Source: Leptotrichia sp.
Lineage (GTDB): Bacteria > Fusobacteriota > Fusobacteriia > Fusobacteriales > Leptotrichiaceae
Direction of reading: 5' to 3'
Assembly (NCBI GenBank): GCA_041854625.1
Contig: JBHACQ010000126.1
Location: forward strand, 1-39,256
DNA: 39,256 bases
The notes under the pieces were generated by a model that made no database searches, was not told where the DNA came from, and saw only the letters and a program-made list of their open reading frames with translations. Numbering within the stretch: position 1 is the first letter of the stretch; each line of letters opens with the position of its first letter. The position numbers were made by a program, and so were the translations under genes. This document shows, in pieces, positions 9,388 through 19,328 of the stretch.

Positions 9388-10641
9388 ATGGAAATTTTAG
9401 CTATGATTTTAGCTGGTGGAAGAGGGTCTAGACTAGACATATTATCAGAAAAAAGGGTTAAACCGAGTGTTCCCTTTGCAGGAAAATTCAGGATTATTGA
9501 TTTTGCATTGAGTAACTGTTCAAATTCAGGTATTTATGATGTTGCATTATTGACACAGTATTTACCGCTTTCATTAAATGAACACATTGGTTCAGGGAAA
9601 CCATGGGATTTTGACAGGAGAGACTCAAGCATAACAATGTTACAGCCACATGAAAAACCAGGTGGAAATGCATGGTATCAGGGAACTGCTGATGCAATCA
9701 GACAGAACATAGAATTTATTAAGGGGAAAAATCCTAAGTATGTACTGATTTTATCGGGGGATCATATTTATAAGATGAACTATAAATGGATGCTGGCAGA
9801 TCATGAAAAAAGTGGGGCCGAATTAACTATTGCTGTTCAGGAAGTACCTATAGAAGAAGCAGGAAGATTTGGAATTTTTGAAGTTGATGAAAATAAAAAG
9901 ATACTTGATTTTGAAGAAAAGCCGGCTGAACCAAAAAGTAACCTCGCATCAATGGGTATATATATATTTAATACAGAAGTATTATTGGAATACCTTGAAA
10001 AAATGGTTGAAGAGGATCTGGATTTTGGAAAACATGTGATTCCTGAGATGATTAAGGAAGAAAGAAAAGTGTTTGTTCACTGTTATGACAGCTACTGGAT
10101 GGATGTAGGAACATATGATTCTTATCTGGATGCTAACCTTGACTTAATTAAGAAGTCTGAAGAAGTAGGAATAAATCTTTATGACCAGCATTGGAAAATA
10201 TACACGAGAAGTGAGGATTTGGCACCAGTAAGAATAGGAGTTACAGGAAGTGTACTAAACTCATTAATCTGTAACGGATGTAAAATAGAAGGAAGAGTTG
10301 AAAATTCCGTATTAGGACCTGGGGTAACAGTAAGAAAGGGATGTACTGTAAAAAATAGTATCATTTTTTCAGGAACATACATTGATGAGAATTCCAATGT
10401 AGATACAATGATTATAGATAAAAAGGTGTATGTAGGAAAGAATTCTATTTTAGGACATGGTGATGACTATTCTCCTAACAGGGATAAACCTGAACTTCTG
10501 ACAAGAGGAATAAGTGTTATTGGGAAAAGTGCACATATTCCAGATGGTTCAATTGTAGGAAGGAATGTAAGAATATTTGGAAGAGTGAGACTGCATGATG
10601 GCAACAAATTTGTTCATAGTGGAGAAACAATAAAAGAATAG
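9388..10641 (+). CDS. glgC: glucose-1-phosphate adenylyltransferase (ADP-glucose pyrophosphorylase)
   Basis: ILAGGRGSRL, KPSVPFAGKFRIIDF, WYQGTADA, SGDHIYKM, FEEKP, DFGKHVIP; GGAGG SD. Confidence 0.96.
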   Translation: MEILAMILAGGRGSRLDILSEKRVKPSVPFAGKFRIIDFALSNCSNSGIYDVALLTQYLPLSLNEHIGSGKPWDFDRRDSSITMLQPHEKPGGNAWYQGTADAIRQNIEFIKGKNPKYVLILSGDHIYKMNYKWMLADHEKSGAELTIAVQEVPIEEAGRFGIFEVDENKKILDFEEKPAEPKSNLASMGIYIFNTEVLLEYLEKMVEEDLDFGKHVIPEMIKEERKVFVHCYDSYWMDVGTYDSYLDANLDLIKKSEEVGINLYDQHWKIYTRSEDLAPVRIGVTGSVLNSLICNGCKIEGRVENSVLGPGVTVRKGCTVKNSIIFSGTYIDENSNVDTMIIDKKVYVGKNSILGHGDDYSPNRDKPELLTRGISVIGKSAHIPDGSIVGRNVRIFGRVRLHDGNKFVHSGETIKE

Positions 10642-10652
10642 GGGTGATTAGC

Positions 10653-12038
10653 TTGAAAATTGTTTATCTGGCTTCAGAAGTTTATCCATTTTTTAAGACT
10701 GGTGGGCTGGCAGATGTAATGCAGGCTCTACCTAAAAAGATGCAGGAATTAGGACACGAAGTTTCCATAATAATGCCTAAATATGATAAAATTCCGTTAA
10801 AATATCTGGAAAAGCTTGAATGGGTTGCAAGGCTGGAAAGTCATGGAGACATCTTTAACCTTGTAAAATATCCTGATGATAAAATAAACTATTATTTCAT
10901 TGAAAATAAAGCTCTTTATGAAAGAGGGCATGTTTATGGTGATAGTGATGAAGATATCCAGTATGCCATGTTTTCAGAATTAGCTCTCAGATTTTTAAAG
11001 GAAATAGACCTTCAGGCAGATATTCTTCACTGTAATGACTGGCAGACAGGTCCTGTACCGTACTTTTTAAATATAAGGTATAACCATGATCCTTTCTACT
11101 GGGATATGAGAACAGTATATACGATACATAATTTAATGTATCAAGGTAGATTTTCAAAACATTCATTTGAAAGGATGGGGTATTTTATAGATGGGCATGA
11201 CCTGAACTTCATGCAGATAGGTATAGGGTATGCTGATATTGTGAATACAGTAAGTCCTACTTATGCAGAAGAAATTAAATATCCTTATTTCAGTGAAGGT
11301 CTTGAGTGGATAACGAATGTAAAAAGGATTTATGGTGTCTTAAATGGAATTGATGTTGAGGAATTTGATCCTGAAACAAATGAAGATATAATTCACTATA
11401 ATGTAGAAACTCTTGAAAAGAAAAAGGAAAATAAGTATAGATTACAGGAAAAACTGGGTCTTCCTAAGTCTGACAATGCCCTTATTTCGATGGTTACAAG
11501 GCTTGTTGAAGGAAAAGGTCTAGATCTTGTATCGGCAGTACTTGAAAACCTTTTACAGTATGATGCTGTACAGATTGTAATTTTAGGTAGCGGAGATAAG
11601 TTCTATGAAGATTATTATAACTATCTGGCAGGAAAATATCCTGATAAGTTTAAGGTGTATTTAGGATATAATCCTCATCTTGCAAATGAAATATATGCGG
11701 GAAGTGACATGTTCCTGATGCCTTCGAGGTATGAACCTTGCGGACTTAGCCAGATGATAGCAATGAGGTTTGGGACAATACCGATTGTAAGGGAAACAGG
11801 AGGATTAAAAGATACTGTAAGACCTTATAATATCTTTACAGATGAAGGAAATGGATTCTCCTTTACAAATTTTAATGCAGATGACATGCTTTTTACAATA
11901 AAGGTAGCTCAGGGAGTTTATTATGATATGCCTGATATATGGGAAAAGCTGGTGAAAAGAAATATGGAAATAGATTTTTCATGGGATAAGTCAGCAAAAG
12001 AATATTTAAAATTATATGAAGAAGTTAAAAGATATTAA
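10653..12038 (+). CDS. glgA: glycogen synthase
   Basis: KTGGLADV, HCNDWQT, TIHNL.YQG, MPSRYEPCGLSQM, TGGLKDTV; TTG start after GGGGTG. Confidence 0.96.
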   Translation: MKIVYLASEVYPFFKTGGLADVMQALPKKMQELGHEVSIIMPKYDKIPLKYLEKLEWVARLESHGDIFNLVKYPDDKINYYFIENKALYERGHVYGDSDEDIQYAMFSELALRFLKEIDLQADILHCNDWQTGPVPYFLNIRYNHDPFYWDMRTVYTIHNLMYQGRFSKHSFERMGYFIDGHDLNFMQIGIGYADIVNTVSPTYAEEIKYPYFSEGLEWITNVKRIYGVLNGIDVEEFDPETNEDIIHYNVETLEKKKENKYRLQEKLGLPKSDNALISMVTRLVEGKGLDLVSAVLENLLQYDAVQIVILGSGDKFYEDYYNYLAGKYPDKFKVYLGYNPHLANEIYAGSDMFLMPSRYEPCGLSQMIAMRFGTIPIVRETGGLKDTVRPYNIFTDEGNGFSFTNFNADDMLFTIKVAQGVYYDMPDIWEKLVKRNMEIDFSWDKSAKEYLKLYEEVKRY

Positions 12039-12051
12039 CATAATTAATATA

Positions 12052-12090
12052 AAGGGAACTATACAAGATATTTCTGTATGGTTCCCTTCT
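12052..12090 (+). terminator. hairpin/terminator after glgA
   Basis: AAGGGAACTATACA / TGTATGGTTCCCTT 14-bp stem with one wobble; weak U tract. Confidence 0.6.
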
Positions 12091-12171
12091 AATTATGGAA
12101 AGAGTAGACTTATGAAAAATATGAGTTTGCTAAGAAAAATGGAACCACTGGTAGAATAGAGGGGAATAAAA

Positions 12172-12672
12172 ATGAAAATAGAAGATATTTCAATAAAATA
12201 TAAAGTGAAAAAACTAGAGGAAGAAGATATAAATGAAATATACGGCATATGTAAAGAAAATGAAACATACTACAAATATTATAAGGAAACACCTACATTA
12301 GAAAATGTAAAATTAAGTTTTACGGAGTTACCAGAAGGGAAAACATTAAGAGATAAATATTTTCTGGGATTTTATTATAATAAAGAATTGATTGCAGTTG
12401 CAGATCTGATAGCAGGATATCCTGATGTAGAAACTTTGTTTATAGGATGGTTTATAATGAATAAGAAGTATCAGAAAAGGGGAATTGGTTCAGAAATACT
12501 TAATGAGGTTCTTTCTTTTGCTAAAAATGAAGGTTTTAAACGTTCGAAATTAGGATATATTAAAGGAAATAAGGAAAGTGAAGGATTCTGGATTAAAAAT
12601 AATTTCATTAAAAAAGAACCGGAAATAGAACAGGAAAAATATACTGTCATAATAATGGAGAAAGAGCTATAA
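12172..12672 (+). CDS. GNAT family N-acetyltransferase
   Basis: Acetyl-CoA motif A YQKRGIGS and C-terminal N....FW.K..F. Confidence 0.88.
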   Translation: MKIEDISIKYKVKKLEEEDINEIYGICKENETYYKYYKETPTLENVKLSFTELPEGKTLRDKYFLGFYYNKELIAVADLIAGYPDVETLFIGWFIMNKKYQKRGIGSEILNEVLSFAKNEGFKRSKLGYIKGNKESEGFWIKNNFIKKEPEIEQEKYTVIIMEKEL

Positions 12673-12863
12673 TATAAAAATATAATATTTTTAAAATAAA
12701 TATCTGCAAGACAAATGTATTTTTTGAGAGAAAAAATCATCAAAAAATCATGTTACAACTAAAAAAGTGGAGAAAAATGGGAAAATTAAAGCTTGAAAAC
12801 ACTGTGTTATTAGGAGTTAGAGAGTCTTCAAATACTAAAATATTTAAAATTAAAGGAGAAGAA

Positions 12864-13508
12864 ATGAGGAAACTATTTTTAACTTCATCATTTGAAGAAG
12901 TAGAAAAACTGTTCGTCCAGTTTATTAATGAACACTTTGGAAGTATTGAGAATATAAAGGGAAAAAAAGTAGAAATAATTTCTACGGCATCTCTAGTGGA
13001 AGGGACTGATGTTCATGTCAGAAAGGCTGTAGAAATATATAAGAGGTTAGATTTTAATGTAGAAATTATGGAACTGACTGAACATACTGAAGAAATGTTG
13101 AAAGACAGGATAAAAGATACTGACTTCTTACATATTTCAGGCGGAAACACATTTTTTCTGCTACAGGAAATAAAAAAGAAGAATCTGATGGAATTTATAG
13201 CAGAAAGGATAGATTCTGGAATGATATATGTAGGGGAGTCAGCAGGGACTCTTATTACATGCCCGGATATATTTTATGCAGATGATGTGGATAATAAAGC
13301 ATTAGCACCTGAGTTAAAGAGTACAAAGGGACTTGATATAATTCCTTTTTACCCTCTTCCCCATTATCAGAATGAGCCTTTCACTGAAATAGTGGAAAAG
13401 ACATTAATAAAGTACGACTGTAAGCTTAAACTGTTTCCATTCAGTAATAATGAAGTAATAGTAGTGGATGGAGAAGAAATGGATATTATAACATTACATG
13501 AAATGTAA
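12864..13508 (+). CDS. peptidase S51 / peptidase E-like (class I glutamine amidotransferase fold)
   Basis: MRKLFLTSSF start after AAGGAG; SGGNTFFLL, nucleophile elbow GESAG, LPHY. Confidence 0.88.
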   Translation: MRKLFLTSSFEEVEKLFVQFINEHFGSIENIKGKKVEIISTASLVEGTDVHVRKAVEIYKRLDFNVEIMELTEHTEEMLKDRIKDTDFLHISGGNTFFLLQEIKKKNLMEFIAERIDSGMIYVGESAGTLITCPDIFYADDVDNKALAPELKSTKGLDIIPFYPLPHYQNEPFTEIVEKTLIKYDCKLKLFPFSNNEVIVVDGEEMDIITLHEM

Positions 13509-13580
13509 TACTGTATACTGGGAAATTTAAGGGAAACTACGACAGCATTGCTACAGGGGGATTAGATGGGCAATAAGACA

Positions 13581-13627
13581 GAGGGAATTTGACAAGTTTA
13601 TTTTACTCTTAAATTCCCTTATTTTTT
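13581..13627. terminator. hairpin between convergent genes (probable terminator)
   Basis: GAGGGAATTTGA / TTAAATTCCCTT stem followed by ATTTTTT. Confidence 0.65.
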
Positions 13628-13638
13628 GTATTAAGCTG

Positions 13639-13977
13639 TTATATTTTCTTAACAAATTCTGATTTTAATTTCATTGCACCAAAACTGTCAATTTTACAAT
13701 CGATATTATGGATACCGTCGTCAATTAATCTTATATTTTTTACTTTTGTACCTCTTTTTAAATCGCTTGTCGCCCCTTTTACTTTTAAGTCTTTAATTAT
13801 TGTAATGCTGTCCCCATCTTGTAAAATATTTCCATTTGCATCTTTTACAACATTTTCTTTGCTTTTATCTGATGTTTCTGAAGCCATCCATTCGTGAAAG
13901 CATTCAGGACATACAAGCATATTCCCATCTTCATAAGTATATTCCGAATGGCAGTTCGGACAATTTGGTAAACTCAT
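13639..13977 (-). CDS. phnA: PhnA/YjdM zinc-ribbon protein
   Basis: [36 protein letters not shown]...[15 protein letters not shown]; alternative TTG start 13986. Confidence 0.93.
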   Translation of the reverse strand: MSLPNCPNCHSEYTYEDGNMLVCPECFHEWMASETSDKSKENVVKDANGNILQDGDSITIIKDLKVKGATSDLKRGTKVKNIRLIDDGIHNIDCKIDSFGAMKLKSEFVKKI

Positions 13978-14031
13978 ATAATTCAATTCATTGTTAAAGC
14001 AACAATGCTCCTTTCTTTTTAAATTGTATAT

Positions 14032-14040
14032 ATTATATCA
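14032..14040 (-). promoter_or_regulatory. extended -10 promoter of phnA
   Basis: TGATATAAT on the minus strand. Confidence 0.5.
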
Positions 14041-14104
14041 TGAATTTAGAAAAATTGTCGTGATTAATATTATAATTTAAAGTATATCATAAATGGTAAA
14101 AATC

Positions 14105-14113
14105 TGATATAAT
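14105..14113 (+). promoter_or_regulatory. extended -10 promoter of the U32 gene
   Basis: TGATATAAT. Confidence 0.5.
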
Positions 14114-14171
14114 ACTGTAGAAAACTGTAATATGATTAATAAATATATATTAGATATAGATTGGAGAAGAA

Positions 14172-16361
14172 ATGAATATAGTCGCACCAGCAGGAAATTA
14201 TGAAAAGTTAGAGGCGGCAATAAAGGCAGGAGCAGATGAAGTATATTTCGGATTAAAGGGATTTGGAGCCAGAAGAAATAATCAGAATCTTGGAATACAG
14301 GAAATACTGGATGGAATTGATTATGCCCATTTAAGGGGAGTAAAGACATTGCTTACATTGAATACAGTAATGAAAGACATAGAAATAGATACCGCCTATT
14401 ACAATATAAGCAGGATTTACGAACACGGTATTGATGCAGTAATAGTTCAGGATCTGGGATTTGCCAGATTTATAATGGAAAATTTTCCTGGACTTGCAGT
14501 GCATGGAAGTACACAGATGACAGTAGCGAACCATGTGGAAGCAGAAAAACTTCGTGAACTTGGATTTTCAAGAGTAGTCCTCGCAAGGGAACTTTCATTT
14601 GAGGAAATCAGGAGTATAAGGGAAAAGACTAAAATAGAACTGGAAATATTTGTTTCAGGTTCACTCTGTATAGCTTATTCAGGGAACTGCTATATAAGCA
14701 GCTTTATAGGGGGAAGAAGTGGAAATAGAGGACTTTGTGCCTATTCGTGCAGGAAGAAGTTTAAAGATGAGGAAGGGAAAAGGGAATATTTTTTGAGTCC
14801 GAATGACCAGTTTCTCCAGAAAGAAGAAATTGACAGTCTTATGGATATAGGTATAGAAGGTATAAAAGTGGAAGGGCGTAAAAAGTCTTCTGAATATGTA
14901 TATGAGACAGTAGGGTATTACAGCAGTGTAATAAAAGGAAATCCTAGACCGTCAGAAAGTTATAAACTTTTTAACAGAGGCTATTCTAAAGGATATTTCT
15001 ATCTTGATAACAAGCTTATGAATTTTAAGTATTCTTCTAATTTTGGATATTTTCTGGGGGCAAGAATAGGAGAAGGAAACAGCTTTATGATAGATGACGA
15101 ACTGGTACTAGGAGACGGGGTGCAGTTTGTGGATAAAGAATATAACGTAATTTCAGGAGAGTATGTAAACAGGATTTCTGTCAATGGAGAAAAGGTTTCT
15201 AAAGCAGAAAAGAATCAGATAGTTTCCATTGGAAAGCTTCCAGAGGAAACAAAGTATATATATAAAAACTATTCTAAGGAAATAAATGACAGGATAATCC
15301 ATAATATAAAGATGTCCAGAAGACATGCAACTATTCATGGGGAACTGAAAGCAAAAAAAGGTCAGGAAATTGAGCTGAAGTTTTTTATATATAATCTGAA
15401 GGGAGAAAAGATTGAAAGTATAAGGAAGGGAATGATGATAAATCAGGAAGCTAAAAAGAAGATAACAATAGATCAGATATCTGAAAAACTGGGGGAACTT
15501 GGAGAAACGACCTTTGAAATAGGAAATATTTCCATTGATTATGACGGGATTTCGTTTATTCCCTTCAGTGAATTGAAAATGTTAAAAAGGGAATGCGTAT
15601 CTGAACTGAAAGAAAGGCTTCTTGAATCATATAAAAGAAAACCTGTTTCACGAAAAACTTATAATTTCAAAGATAATTGTGAAGGGAAGGGTATAGAAAA
15701 TACACCATTATTTTCAGCACTTGTTTCCAACAAGGAACAGGAAAGAGCCTGTCAGGAAATGGGAATAACTAAGATTTACTATAGGCAGTATGATGTAGCA
15801 AAGGAGAAAAACCTTCATAGAACAGATAAGATAAAGACAGACAGTAAGCTAGCATCAAACCTATATCAGGTTGTCATGGGAGAAAGAAGGGGAATGAAAG
15901 GGCAATCTGTAGACTGGAACCTGAATGTCTTTAATAATTATACCCTTGATTTATTTTCCTGTTTCAATAATGTTGAGACAGTATTCCTTTCTCCTGAACT
16001 GAATTACAGACAGCTGAAGAACATTAAATCAGATAGGGTCAGGAAGGGTCTTGTAATATATGGGTATCTGAAGGGGATGTATATAGAACATAAGATATTT
16101 GATAAGGAGTATAAGGAGCTTACAGGAGAACATTATGACAGGTACAGGATAGTGAAAAATGGACTTGATAATATAGAGCTTTATCTGGATAAACCTATGA
16201 ACCTTATCCCGAAACTGAAGGAAATAAAAGAACTTAAATTTGATGAACTCCGGCTTGACTTTATCTTTGAAAGCTATAAGGAAGTAAAGGAAATAATAAA
16301 GAGCCTGGATACAGGAAAAGGTAGATATAATCCATATTCCTTTGAAAGAGGGGTTTATTAA
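14172..16361 (+). CDS. peptidase U32 family Fe-S protein, long RlhA-like form (probable RNA hydroxylase)
   Basis: APAG, GAD.VY.G, HGSTQM, LAREL, Cys cluster LCIAYSGNC...NRGLCAYSCR, KVEGRKK; 729 aa. Confidence 0.88.
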   Translation: MNIVAPAGNYEKLEAAIKAGADEVYFGLKGFGARRNNQNLGIQEILDGIDYAHLRGVKTLLTLNTVMKDIEIDTAYYNISRIYEHGIDAVIVQDLGFARFIMENFPGLAVHGSTQMTVANHVEAEKLRELGFSRVVLARELSFEEIRSIREKTKIELEIFVSGSLCIAYSGNCYISSFIGGRSGNRGLCAYSCRKKFKDEEGKREYFLSPNDQFLQKEEIDSLMDIGIEGIKVEGRKKSSEYVYETVGYYSSVIKGNPRPSESYKLFNRGYSKGYFYLDNKLMNFKYSSNFGYFLGARIGEGNSFMIDDELVLGDGVQFVDKEYNVISGEYVNRISVNGEKVSKAEKNQIVSIGKLPEETKYIYKNYSKEINDRIIHNIKMSRRHATIHGELKAKKGQEIELKFFIYNLKGEKIESIRKGMMINQEAKKKITIDQISEKLGELGETTFEIGNISIDYDGISFIPFSELKMLKRECVSELKERLLESYKRKPVSRKTYNFKDNCEGKGIENTPLFSALVSNKEQERACQEMGITKIYYRQYDVAKEKNLHRTDKIKTDSKLASNLYQVVMGERRGMKGQSVDWNLNVFNNYTLDLFSCFNNVETVFLSPELNYRQLKNIKSDRVRKGLVIYGYLKGMYIEHKIFDKEYKELTGEHYDRYRIVKNGLDNIELYLDKPMNLIPKLKEIKELKFDELRLDFIFESYKEVKEIIKSLDTGKGRYNPYSFERGVY

Positions 16362-16406
16362 GAGTATAGTTATTAATCTATTGGAAGTTTGAAATGAGGG
16401 TTAAAA

Positions 16407-17501
16407 TTGGAAATTATAAAAAATAAGAGATATGTAGAAAGGTTATACACGCTGCTTGCAGCATCAATTTTTATTCATTATATTTTAGTAATAGTAACCG
16501 TTCTTTTGATACTGAAGGAAATATTTACATCTGGAGAATATAAGAAAATATTGAAAAACAAGTCTTTAATAGTAGTGGAAATCATACTGGGAATAGCAGT
16601 TGTGACTTCATTACTTAACAGAAACTACTATGGACTTATAGCAGTTCCCATCCTGCTATGTCTTATGGTTGCGAGATACTATACTTTGAGAATAGATGAA
16701 GGATTTAAGAAAAGTAATCTGGAACTGATAGGTAAGATATCTGTAATTCCTTTTTTTATAGGAATTATAGAATATATGGTAACTAGGGACAGGATAGGAT
16801 ATTTTTCATATCTGAATCCCAATTATCTAGGAAGTATAATGATGATGACCGCTATTATAAACCTTTACTTTGGAATGGAAAAGAAAGCAGTTCCTAACTT
16901 TATTATATTTATTTTAAATATGACAACAATTTTAATGTCAGGCTCAAGATCTGCATTAGCATCAGCAGGGATAGGAATAATGGTACTACTGTTTTATTTT
17001 CTGGAGAGGAAATATTTTATAGGGTGTCTTCTCCTTCTCATCGGGTATGTTTTAGGAGTGTATTTTGGAAGATTTCCATTTCTGAGACTTGATACTATTG
17101 CTGAATATTATAGGTTAAGGGCAGACATAATAAAGACAGCATTTAAGATTTTTAAAAGTACGGATATACTGTATGGGCATGGAAATTTCTATTATTATAA
17201 GCTTACCAATTATGTATATCCCCATTCTCACAATGCCCTGACAGAGTCACTTATAAGTTATGGGGTGGCAGGGACAGTTGCATTGGGGATTGTAGTTTTA
17301 AGGTATCTTTATGATATTCTCAGGAATGACAAGAAAAATACATTGAAAATAGCGCTGATTTCAGGAGTAGCAGCACATAATTTTACAGACTTTACAATAT
17401 TCTGGATACAGACTGTGCTATTGTTTATAATGGCTCTTTCCTATGTTGAAGATGTAGAGGAAAGAAAAAGGATAGGTATAAGGATTTATAGGAACAGATA
17501 G
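16407..17501 (+). CDS. O-antigen ligase / Wzy_C-like multi-pass membrane protein
   Basis: About 10 hydrophobic segments, NPNYLG, SGSRSAL, YGHG, HSHN; TTG start after GAGGG. Confidence 0.75.
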   Translation: MEIIKNKRYVERLYTLLAASIFIHYILVIVTVLLILKEIFTSGEYKKILKNKSLIVVEIILGIAVVTSLLNRNYYGLIAVPILLCLMVARYYTLRIDEGFKKSNLELIGKISVIPFFIGIIEYMVTRDRIGYFSYLNPNYLGSIMMMTAIINLYFGMEKKAVPNFIIFILNMTTILMSGSRSALASAGIGIMVLLFYFLERKYFIGCLLLLIGYVLGVYFGRFPFLRLDTIAEYYRLRADIIKTAFKIFKSTDILYGHGNFYYYKLTNYVYPHSHNALTESLISYGVAGTVALGIVVLRYLYDILRNDKKNTLKIALISGVAAHNFTDFTIFWIQTVLLFIMALSYVEDVEERKRIGIRIYRNR

Positions 17502-17641
17502 AAGTGTTCAGTATTTTTATGTAAAGTAGAAGAAACAGCTTAAAGATAGTCCTGATTAAGATGGCTCCTGTGCTAAAATAGTGTACCTTTTATTTGGAAT
17601 ATGAGACGAGAATAAAGTTAAAATTAATAGAATAATAAAAA

Positions 17642-17703
17642 AACTCATGGTAATCTTTCGTATACCTCTTATAGTTATACGAGTCTATCATGAGTTATTA
17701 TTT
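17642..17703. terminator. long bipartite hairpin between convergent genes
   Basis: AACTCATGGTA / TATCATGAGTT enclosing TCGTATA / TATACGA; flanked by A-rich and T-rich tracts. Confidence 0.65.
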
Positions 17704-17766
17704 TCTATATGCTGTATATTTTATAGTATATCCATATCTAAAACAATTTCTATATAATATATAAAA

Positions 17767-18129
17767 CTAGTCAATAAAAAACAGGTCAATAATCTTTTCA
17801 ATATATGGGATTTTAATTTCTTTTTCCATGAAAGAAGCTACTGCTGCAACAATCTGAAAAACTCCTGCAGATATTAGAAGCAGATAGAAAAAATATTGTC
17901 CGACAAATCTGACTGCCCAGATTGGAGCAGAAATTAAAATAAGAATATGCATAATCAATGTCTGTTTTGAATAACTTCTTACAAAGCTGTTCTCCTTTTC
18001 AAAAATCAATGAGATTATTGTCAGAAGTAAACCTGCTCCTGGAAGAAAGAAACTTAAATTTATTAAAAATGCAGCTCCGTTTGCCCTCAATCCTGCAAAT
18101 GTTTTCTGGTTACTAATTTCAGTATTCAT
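17767..18129 (-). CDS. small 3-TM membrane protein (DUF4870-like)
   Basis: EKENSFVR.YSKQ and KIPYI patterns with hydrophobic segments; AGGAGG SD on the minus strand. Confidence 0.75.
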   Translation of the reverse strand: MNTEISNQKTFAGLRANGAAFLINLSFFLPGAGLLLTIISLIFEKENSFVRSYSKQTLIMHILILISAPIWAVRFVGQYFFYLLLISAGVFQIVAAVASFMEKEIKIPYIEKIIDLFFID

Positions 18130-18171
18130 TATATTACCTCCTAAATAACGTGTATTATTAGTTACAGGGAA

Positions 18172-18230
18172 ATTTTAACATAAAAAAGTCAAAAAATCAA
18201 ATTGAAATATATGATTAAAAAGAGTATACT
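18172..18230. promoter_or_regulatory. back-to-back divergent sigma70 promoters
   Basis: Minus strand: TTGATT(18200-18195)-17-TAAAAT with TG extension; plus strand: TTGAAA(18202)-17-TATACT(18225). Confidence 0.6.
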
Positions 18231-18272
18231 GTAGCTAAGAAATCAATACTGTGGAATGGTGGAGAAATAAGG

Positions 18273-19253
18273 ATGATATATTTTATCGGAGGATTGAAAA
18301 ACAGGGAATTTAAATATTTTGATATAATAGGAAAAATAAGGGAGGAAAACAGGGGAATAAGTGAAAGTTTTTACGATGCGGATATTAAGGAAGAAGATAA
18401 GTTCCTTGAAAAAATAAGCTTTAATTCAATATTTTCATCTCAGGAAATGATAGTACTGAAAAGGGCTGAAAAATTGAAAGATCTGGAGAAGACTCTGGAA
18501 TATATCTCGAACCTGGATGTAGAAAATAAAGAAATTATAATTGATTATGAAAGGGAAGATGGTAAAATTCCGGTAAAATTAAATAAGCTGCTTGAACTAC
18601 TGAAAAAGGAAAAGAAAATGGAAGTATTCCTATTCCTGAAAGAAAGCAATGAAGAAATAAGGAAATATGTACAGAATGAACTGGGGGTATCATCTAGGGA
18701 CGCAGTACTGCTATTGGAAATGATAGGAGATAATCCTTTTAAAGTAAGAAATGAGATTGAAAAAATAAAAGTATACCTGAATGGAGATACTTTAAACATT
18801 GAGGAAATAAGGAATGTAATAACAGTCAATAAGGAATATAAGCTGTATGAGATGACTGAAAAAATATTTTCAGATAAATCTGAAGAGGTAATGGAATATC
18901 TTGAAAGGACAAAGGAATACATGGGAATTCTATATTCCTTATATGGAGAACTGGAAATAATGTATAAATTAAGTAATTTTAAGAAAATGGGAAAGGATTT
19001 CAGCAATAATTATAATGTATTTAAGAATCAGTTTGAGGAAGTGAAGGAAGCCTTCAGGACAAATAACAGGGTTCCGAATTCCTATTCTATATTTAAGAAA
19101 CTGGAGAGAGTAAGAAATTATTCCAATGAAAATCTAGGTAAGCTGGTATACAGATGCTGGGAAGCTGAAAAGGATATAAAGACAGGAAAGATTACAATGG
19201 AAGCTGGAATTGAAGTTCTGATGATGGAAATATCTTCTTATTACAGGAAATAG
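18273..19253 (+). CDS. holA: DNA polymerase III delta subunit
   Basis: MIYFIGG start, SIFS...IVLK, NEIEKI..Y, C-terminal EKDIKTG; 326 aa. Confidence 0.75.
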   Translation: MIYFIGGLKNREFKYFDIIGKIREENRGISESFYDADIKEEDKFLEKISFNSIFSSQEMIVLKRAEKLKDLEKTLEYISNLDVENKEIIIDYEREDGKIPVKLNKLLELLKKEKKMEVFLFLKESNEEIRKYVQNELGVSSRDAVLLLEMIGDNPFKVRNEIEKIKVYLNGDTLNIEEIRNVITVNKEYKLYEMTEKIFSDKSEEVMEYLERTKEYMGILYSLYGELEIMYKLSNFKKMGKDFSNNYNVFKNQFEEVKEAFRTNNRVPNSYSIFKKLERVRNYSNENLGKLVYRCWEAEKDIKTGKITMEAGIEVLMMEISSYYRK

Positions 19254-19328
19254 CGGGGATATTGACAGTCATATGATTTCTGTCTGGAATTGTTCAATAT
19301 ATTTTCATTTCTTTTGAACAGGAGGAGG

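Noticed and set aside
12750-12863. N-terminal extension of the peptidase E-like ORF
   Set aside because: The family-typical start MRKLFLTS with an AAGGAG SD is at 12864.
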